From positions 1 through 4,552 of the forward strand of contig CAZBZN010000036.1 of assembly GCA_964496415.1 (NCBI GenBank): 4,552 nucleotides of DNA, written 5' to 3'. The stretch is from Candidatus Micrarchaeota archaeon (lineage in GTDB: Archaea; B1Sed10-29; JAJRYS01). The position numbers and the translations under genes were made by a program. Positions 1-4,552 of the stretch are shown piece by piece (position 1 is the first letter of the stretch; every line of letters begins with the position of its first letter). The notes under the pieces are model-generated. The model was not told where the DNA came from, made no database searches, and saw nothing but the letters and a program-made list of their open reading frames with translations.

Positions 1-353
1 ATTAACTTGAAAAGCCACGCGTTTTTCTTTTTGAAAAAACCAGGCTTCCTGAAAAACTTTTCTATAAAGACTCCTATCAAGAAACCCCTGTATAAGGTTT
101 CTTCAGTGACTGGAGCAACAAAGCATGAGACTAGTTTTTCAACCAAGCCATAACCTGAAGTCACTTCATGAAAGCTTATGAAAGCCAAGTCAATTACAAT
201 AATTGCTAGTAATGGGATGAAAAACCATGGCTTTAATTCAAACTTAACTCTGAATGCTGACAAGTCCTTGTTCAACCACTTCTTTGAGATTATTAGGGCT
301 ACTACTGCTGTTATGAACACGCTTATCTGAGTGGTTAAAGGATCAGAAATCAT
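1..353 (-). CDS. CPBP/Abi (CAAX protease-like) family intramembrane glutamic endopeptidase, N-terminal part; runs off the window
   Basis: Manual translation from ATG at 353: MISDPLTTQISVFITAVVALIISKKWLNKDLSAFRVKFELKPWFFIPLLAIIVIDLAFISFHEVTSGYGLVEKLVSCFVAPVTEETLYRGFLIGVFIEKFF... It is open to the window edge, has several hydrophobic segments and carries the CPBP motif 1 (APxxEExxxRG). SD-like GGGGA lies at 362-365/361 on the minus strand. Confidence 0.85.
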   Translation of the reverse strand, partial: MISDPLTTQISVFITAVVALIISKKWLNKDLSAFRVKFELKPWFFIPLLAIIVIDLAFISFHEVTSGYGLVEKLVSCFVAPVTEETLYRGFLIGVFIEKFFRKPGFFKKKNAWLFKL

Positions 354-402
354 ATTGTCTTCCCCTGCAGGTTGCTTTACCTATTCTCTTTTTGGTGTTA
401 AA

Positions 403-417
403 CCAAAAATTTAAAAC
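403..417 (+). promoter_or_regulatory. Archaeal BRE/TATA promoter for the DUF3800-like gene; possibly bidirectional, also serving the CPBP gene
   Basis: CCAAAAA-TTTAAAAC at 403-417. The TATA box sits 24-31 nt upstream of the in-frame GTG at 441. The minus strand also reads TTTTAAAT across the same bases. Confidence 0.5.
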
Positions 418-419
418 TA

Positions 420-1076
420 ATGGGATTCAGTATCTTCAGTGTGCTTGTTGGTATTGATTCTTCAATGGGTAAGAGGTTTTCTTGCTTTGTTTTCGGAAGT
501 TTTAAGGAAGTTAACTTGTTTTATGAGAATGTTTTTACTTTTATTAAAAAAGATTGCGGTTGGAGTGGTTCACTTCATTGGAGGAAGATGAGCAGAAGAA
601 CAAGGAATTGTATCTTGAAGAAGTTTTTACGAGAGATGCATAAAACGCAATTAAAATTCTTCATATTCGAGCATAAGAAGCCAAAAGGTGTTAGCAGACG
701 TGATTATTTTTTGAAAACAGTCCCTAATGAAGTTTCTCACGTGCTAGAGCCTTTGTTCAAGGCAACTTCTGGAGTGGTTCTCATTGAATGTGATGAAGAT
801 TTTGAAGTGAAAGGAGTCCATAACTCTTCAACGCTGTTTTTAAACAGACTAGTTAAGAGTATTAGTTACAAGATAGTTGGAAAAAAAGTAGCTGTTTTTA
901 TTAGTAAGGGAAGGGTTTATGCTGACATAAAGCATGATAGCAAGAAGTTGCATGTTAGGGCGTCAATCGTTAAGAGCAGGAATTCTAAAGCTGTTCAAAT
1001 AGCTGATTTGGTGTTAGGCATTTTCAATCAGGATAAGAAAAAACTAGAAGGGATGGTGACTTTTAAGAAGTTGTAA
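420..1076 (+). CDS. DUF3800-like protein (predicted RNase H-fold nuclease); true start probably GTG 441
   Basis: N-terminal beta-strand with Asp (VGIDSS; family consensus approx. DESG), LHWRKM (family hHxxxh motif), central IECDE and C-terminal SxxSxxVQIADLV (family QxAD motif). Recognised from motifs, with no search run. Confidence 0.75.
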   Translation: MGFSIFSVLVGIDSSMGKRFSCFVFGSFKEVNLFYENVFTFIKKDCGWSGSLHWRKMSRRTRNCILKKFLREMHKTQLKFFIFEHKKPKGVSRRDYFLKTVPNEVSHVLEPLFKATSGVVLIECDEDFEVKGVHNSSTLFLNRLVKSISYKIVGKKVAVFISKGRVYADIKHDSKKLHVRASIVKSRNSKAVQIADLVLGIFNQDKKKLEGMVTFKKL

Positions 1077-1083
1077 CAAAAAA

Positions 1084-1173
1084 GCTTCCCCCACGGGTTA
1101 TGTTTCGTGGGGGGCGAGTCTTCAATGCTTTCAGGGTAATGCCCAGTGGACACTCCCCTAAAAACTCTGACTC
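1084..1173. ncRNA. Candidate structured RNA associated with the DUF3800-like gene
   Basis: GC-rich island in an AT-rich intergenic region. Hairpin CCCCCACG(1088-1095)/CGTGGGGG(1106-1113) abuts a domain closed by GAGTC(1116-1120)/GACTC(1169-1173), which contains GGGT-AAT-GCCC (1134-1144). Strand unresolved. Confidence 0.5.
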
Positions 1174-1232
1174 TATTGATAATTGTGCTATATTCTATTA
1201 TTAAAACATTTATTAACTAAATATTATACTTC

Positions 1233-1883
1233 TTACTTCCTACATTTTTCTGCGTAAGGACAGTAATTGCACATCCATGCTTTGCGGGGGTCTTGTTTGG
1301 CTTCTGGCTCTGGAGGAACGTTATCTACGAGGCTTTTGTGGAGTCTGCGGAACCTGTCAATTATCCTCTGCGCTTCTCCTTCGTCGTAGTCTATTTCGAA
1401 CGCTTTCGTCTTCAGGTTTTTCTTGTCAACGTACAAGAGAATGCCCTTATGAATGTTCGACGCGTGCATGTAAAACATTAACTGGCCAACGTACTGCGGG
1501 TTCAAGTCCTTCACGTAGTCAGTGTTAGCAGTGCTTTTAACTTCAACCAAGTAAGTCTGGCCCTTGCTCTTAAGCAGTATCACGTCATCAATCCTGCCTG
1601 AGACAACAAAATCATCAATCTCCACCCTGATAGGAGTCTCGTTACTCAGTAATTCCACGTCAGGATTCTTCTCAGAACGCAGCACGTCAACAATGAAGTC
1701 ATGCAAAATATTTCCAAGCTCAAAAATCTTAGACAATTCAGGGTCAGGCTCCTGCGGCTCCTTGTAAGAATACCACACCTTACGCAAGCATCCGCCGATT
1801 TCAGAAGGATAATACCTGCCTATTTCCTTCTTCCAAGGGTTCTTCTTCAAATGATTCTCAATCATCTCATCAAAATCAATCAT
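1233..1883 (-). CDS. Solo Cas4-like PD-(D/E)XK (RecB-family) nuclease with 4Fe-4S cluster
   Basis: N-terminal PSEIGGCLRK (Cys1), GxxxH (GNILH), motif II GRID, motif III EVK, QxxxY (QLMFY) and C-terminal CxxCxxxxxC (CNYCPYAEKC). Confidence 0.92.
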   Translation of the reverse strand: MIDFDEMIENHLKKNPWKKEIGRYYPSEIGGCLRKVWYSYKEPQEPDPELSKIFELGNILHDFIVDVLRSEKNPDVELLSNETPIRVEIDDFVVSGRIDDVILLKSKGQTYLVEVKSTANTDYVKDLNPQYVGQLMFYMHASNIHKGILLYVDKKNLKTKAFEIDYDEGEAQRIIDRFRRLHKSLVDNVPPEPEAKQDPRKAWMCNYCPYAEKCRK

Positions 1884-1906
1884 CGCTGGTTATTAGGACC
1901 CAGTAG

Positions 1907-1920
1907 TTTTTAAGACTTGT
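1907..1920 (-). promoter_or_regulatory. Putative TATA box for a leaderless Cas4-like transcript
   Basis: Minus strand CAAGTC-TTAAAAA. The TATA-like element at 1913-1907 is 24-30 nt upstream of ATG 1883, and there is no SD. Confidence 0.4.
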
Positions 1921-2394
1921 TTAAACAACCTTCTTCACTTTCTTCGTCATTGTTTGTCTCATGACTTTGAATCCTAGTTTTTCATAGAGGTTTTTTGCTG
2001 GCGTGTTGTCAGCGAACACTTCTACTCTTATCTCTGAAACTTTTGACTTGCTGAGTATGCTCATGAGTTTCTTCATTAACTTTTCTCCGATTCCTCTGCC
2101 ACGGTACTCTGGCTTCACGTACAAGTTTCCAATCACTCCTATGTTGGATTTGTACCCGTGCTTTTTAGCGTTTTTTACTTCACCATAAGCAAAGCCAACT
2201 ATTTTTCCCTTGTCTTCTGCTAACAGAACAATCATCGAGTCAAACTTACTCCATACTCTTACTGATTCCTCTTTAGCCATTACTTCAGGAACGATCAGCG
2301 GGTAGTACTTTTCTGAGTGTTCTTTTTCAAACAAGAACAGTAACTCATCCAAAGCTATCATGTCTTCTCTTTTAGCCTTTCGAATAGTAACCAT
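1921..2394 (-). CDS. GNAT family N-acetyltransferase
   Basis: Acetyl-CoA motif A LYVKPEYRGRGIG, GKIVGF strand and motif B NxxAxxLYEKLGF. SD-like GAGG lies a few nt upstream of ATG 2394. Confidence 0.95.
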   Translation of the reverse strand: MVTIRKAKREDMIALDELLFLFEKEHSEKYYPLIVPEVMAKEESVRVWSKFDSMIVLLAEDKGKIVGFAYGEVKNAKKHGYKSNIGVIGNLYVKPEYRGRGIGEKLMKKLMSILSKSKVSEIRVEVFADNTPAKNLYEKLGFKVMRQTMTKKVKKVV

Positions 2395-2414
2395 CTGCTT
2401 CGCCTCTAAATTAA

Positions 2415-3374
2415 TTAATAGTCCTTTTCCTTTAAATTAACAGATTTTCTTACATCTATGAATTGCTTTAGGTCTTTAATTTTGAATGAAGTTGCTTTTT
2501 TAGAATCATACTCTATGTTAGGTGGTTTCCAATCTTCTTTTATCAATTCTTTCCAGGGTTTGATTGAAAACCAAACTATCTCCTTTTCTCTTTCAAATAA
2601 CTGCTCTGGAGTAAAGGATAAGGTTTCTTTAACCATATTTTTTAAGCTTTCTTCAATTTTTTTTACAGGTACTTCCATTCCGATTACATAAGTGTTAAGG
2701 GCTCTTGTTAAATTTTTTCCATAATAGTTTCCCATTGAATCAATCTTAAAATCCACTTCTTCAAATTCTGATATAATCCTAACATGTTCAAGATCAAGCA
2801 TGCTTTTTTTCCATGGAGGATTAAAATTTGAATAGTCATAAACAACATACTGTCTATTTTCGTGAGTATAAGGACCATGCACTTCTAATCCAATGTTATG
2901 AAAGTTATAATAAAGAGCTTCCTGATGCATCCACATTAAAGACTTTAAATACCGTGCGTCTTTTTCTTTTATTTTTTCTCCTTCAATTCTAATTTTAAAA
3001 TTTTTTAATCTATTTGTCTCCTTTTCATAGTAAAAGTCATCTTCTTTTAAACAAAAAGAAACATTAAGAAGCCTTTTAGCCAGTTCTTCTCTTTTGGTTT
3101 TGACCCAATTTTTTAACCTCATTCCTGTAATACACGTAAGATATAACTTCCAAACAAGAGTAGGAGACCGAATATTTAATAACTTTTCAGTATCCATCCT
3201 TCTTAAGATTTTTAAGATATCCTCAGATAAGTAAGGAGAATAAATTGCACTGTTAGTGCCTCTTCTAGGAGGCCAAACTCCCTTGTTCCCTATATTGTAA
3301 ATGGCTTTTAATAGAGCGTTTTTTACTTTCTCAAAATCAATGTTATAATAAGTACACTTCACCTTTATCACCAT
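2415..3374 (-). CDS. Hypothetical protein, 319 aa; start uncertain (ATG 3374 or GTG 3362)
   Basis: Long open frame in very AT-rich DNA, overlapping the 3' end of the PEP-domain gene. No family recognised. His/Tyr-rich segment WMHQEALYYNFHNIGLEVHGPY. Confidence 0.8.
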   Translation of the reverse strand: MVIKVKCTYYNIDFEKVKNALLKAIYNIGNKGVWPPRRGTNSAIYSPYLSEDILKILRRMDTEKLLNIRSPTLVWKLYLTCITGMRLKNWVKTKREELAKRLLNVSFCLKEDDFYYEKETNRLKNFKIRIEGEKIKEKDARYLKSLMWMHQEALYYNFHNIGLEVHGPYTHENRQYVVYDYSNFNPPWKKSMLDLEHVRIISEFEEVDFKIDSMGNYYGKNLTRALNTYVIGMEVPVKKIEESLKNMVKETLSFTPEQLFEREKEIVWFSIKPWKELIKEDWKPPNIEYDSKKATSFKIKDLKQFIDVRKSVNLKEKDY

Positions 3375-3666
3375 CTACTAATACTAAGTCACCTGTTTTT
3401 AAAATTTCAGTAGCTTTTTTTGTTCCTGTAACACAAGGAATTCCTAATTCTCTTGAAACAATCGCAGCATGAGCTGTTAGTCCTCCTTTATCAGTTATAA
3501 CTGCAGCTGCTTTTGACATTGCTGTGAAGTAAGCAGGACTAGTAAAAGGGCATACTATGACCTCCCCTTCCTTAATTTCATAAGCACTTAGGTCTGACAA
3601 AATTACTCTTACACGGCCTTTCGCTTTTCCAGGACTAGCTGCAAAACCTTCTAATACCTTTTTCAT
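3343..3666 (-). CDS. Stand-alone PEP-utilising enzyme mobile (phospho-histidine swivel) domain protein
   Basis: GxxASPGxAxGRVRV...TSP...AAAVITDKGGLTAHAAIVSRELGIPCVTG matches the phospho-His signature of PEP synthase/PPDK/rifampin phosphotransferase. At 107 aa it has no ATP-grasp or pyruvate-binding domain. Confidence 0.93.
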   Translation of the reverse strand: MKKVLEGFAASPGKAKGRVRVILSDLSAYEIKEGEVIVCPFTSPAYFTAMSKAAAVITDKGGLTAHAAIVSRELGIPCVTGTKKATEILKTGDLVLVDGDKGEVYLL

Positions 3667-3687
3667 AATCTTTCCATCTCTTTAGTT

Positions 3688-3701
3688 ATTATAAATCTTT
3701 C
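3688..3701 (-). promoter_or_regulatory. Archaeal BRE/TATA promoter for the PEP-domain/hypothetical gene pair
   Basis: Minus strand GAAAGA-TTTATAAT. The TATA box at 3695-3688 is 22-29 nt upstream of ATG 3666 (leaderless geometry). A second TTTATATC lies at 3715-3708. Confidence 0.6.
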
Positions 3702-3852
3702 TTATGTGATATAAACCAATGCATGTAAGTTAAGTGTCTAAGCTTTTTCCGTAAAGTTCAGATCAAGAAAAAGTTGACTCACTAATTTCTATCATGTCTT
3801 TTTGATTTTATAACACTAATTCTACCACAAAACAAGAATTAAAAATGCTTCT

Positions 3853-3875
3853 AAAATACAGAAAACAAAAGGAAA
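3853..3875 (-). terminator. Oligo-U/pyrimidine-rich archaeal terminator after rnpB
   Basis: Minus strand TTTCCTTTTGTTTTCTGTATTTT begins directly after the P1 3' strand. Confidence 0.5.
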
Positions 3876-3877
3876 CC

Positions 3878-4124
3878 GAGCAGTAGCCCATAACCCTCCT
3901 TCTGTACACGGCAGCATTATACTAAGCGGGCTTAAGCCCTTGCACCTTGGCTGGCCGTTTCATCCCACAAGGCAAACTCACTTCTTAGATCATCGCGTTA
4001 TTGCCTTGCGGGTGTCGTTTCTTATCCAGCCAAAGCCCTCACAGGCTTTTACTTCCAAGCCAAAAGGCTTGTGGTGGGAGGAGTTTCCTCAGGGCAAAGC
4101 CCCGAAGCTGCCGGACTACTGCTC
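3878..4124 (-). ncRNA. rnpB: Archaeal RNase P RNA, compact type M-like (~247 nt)
   Basis: P1 GAGCAGUAGUCC/GGGCUACUGCUC, P2 GGCAGC/GCUGCC, P4 from GAGGAAACUCCUCC and ACAGAAGGAGGGUUAU with the conserved bulged U, CR-II AGAAACG and CR-III UGAAACG. Long P12 with K-turn-like GAUGA/UGAG, and a short P15 GGGC-UUAA-GCCC. Confidence 0.96.
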
Positions 4125-4169
4125 AACAGGCAGCATCTCATTTAAGCAGCCGTAAAGTGAGTTCTCTTG

Positions 4170-4552
4170 GAAAACTCGGGCTTTTAGTACAGGCGGGCTG
4201 AACACCTCGCGTGAGCTTGGTGCTTACACCCCCTGCCTATCAAACCCGTCTTCTACGGGAGCCCTCGGCCACCTCAAGCCAGGTTGCCCTGGTTAAGGCG
4301 GCATGGATGCTTCTTTTCGCGGGGTGCTTCGAGCTTAGATGCCTTCAGCTCTTATCACCGTGGGGCGTAGCTGCCCGGCAATGCCCTGTCGGACAACCGG
4401 TACACCAGAGGCCCCGACCCCTCGTTCCTCTCGTACTTGAGGGACCTTCCGCTCAAGCATCCAACACTCCTAGCAGGTGCCACCGTACTGTCTCGCGACG
4501 TACTGAACCCAGCTCGCGTGCGTCTTTGATGGGTGTACAACCCCACCCTTGG
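4170..4552 (-). rRNA. rrl: 23S rRNA, 3' portion (end of domain V and domain VI); 3' end approximate
   Basis: Minus strand contains GAGCUGGGUU (peptidyl transferase centre), H93 GUC-GCGA-GAC, the sarcin-ricin loop AGUACGAGAGGAAC, GCUGAAGGCAUCUAAG, and the archaeal-type end GUUCAGCCCG...UACUAA. Confidence 0.98.

Noticed and set aside
456..1127. 11/12 match between GATTCTTCAATG (456-467) and GAGTCTTCAATG (1116-1127) as a self-targeting guide or target-site duplication
   Set aside because: Too short, and one copy lies within a conserved coding motif. Consistent with chance.
1084..1173. tRNA, 5S rRNA or SRP RNA as the identity of the GC-rich intergenic element
   Set aside because: No cloverleaf with T-loop/D-loop consensus and no 5S or SRP signature on either strand.
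1277..2691. Short + strand ORFs (1277, 1293, 1564, 1701, 2003, 2458)
   Set aside because: Antisense shadows of well-supported minus-strand genes with no recognisable motifs.
3343..3666. Calling the PEP-domain gene ppsA/ppdK
   Set aside because: Only the swivel domain is present, with its own promoter and stop codon. Adjacent frames encode no recognisable ATP-grasp or TIM-barrel domain.
3763..3795. Mini-ORF MIEISESTFS on the minus strand
   Set aside because: Only 10 codons, no SD, and the nearest TATA-like box is too close for a leaderless start.
3780..3827. AATTTCTA resembling a Cas12a repeat or mini CRISPR array
   Set aside because: Only two short imperfect copies, no repeat hairpin and the spacing is too short. 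No array is present in the window despite the Cas4-like gene.
3940..4546. ORFs 3940..4155 (+), 4001..4201 (+) and 4355..4546 (-)
   Set aside because: They overlap the RNase P RNA and 23S rRNA and are spurious frames in GC-rich RNA genes.

Overview
Archaeal chromosomal window. The rRNA/RNase P signatures and TATA/BRE promoters with apparently leaderless genes point to an archaeon; a DPANN-like host is a guess. Left to right: 5' part of a CPBP/Abi-family intramembrane protease (-, truncated, missing from the ORF track); a DUF3800-like RNase H-fold protein (+) followed immediately by a ~90-nt GC-rich structured non-coding element; a convergent solo Cas4-like Fe-S PD-(D/E)XK nuclease (-); a GNAT acetyltransferase (-); an AT-rich gene pair made of a stand-alone PEP-utilising phospho-histidine domain and an overlapping 319-aa unknown protein (-); a compact type M-like RNase P RNA (-); and the 3' end of a 23S rRNA gene (-) only ~45 nt upstream of it. 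The best candidate for an undescribed system is the DUF3800 protein plus adjacent structured RNA. The rrl-rnpB linkage and the unusual RNase P specificity domain come next.
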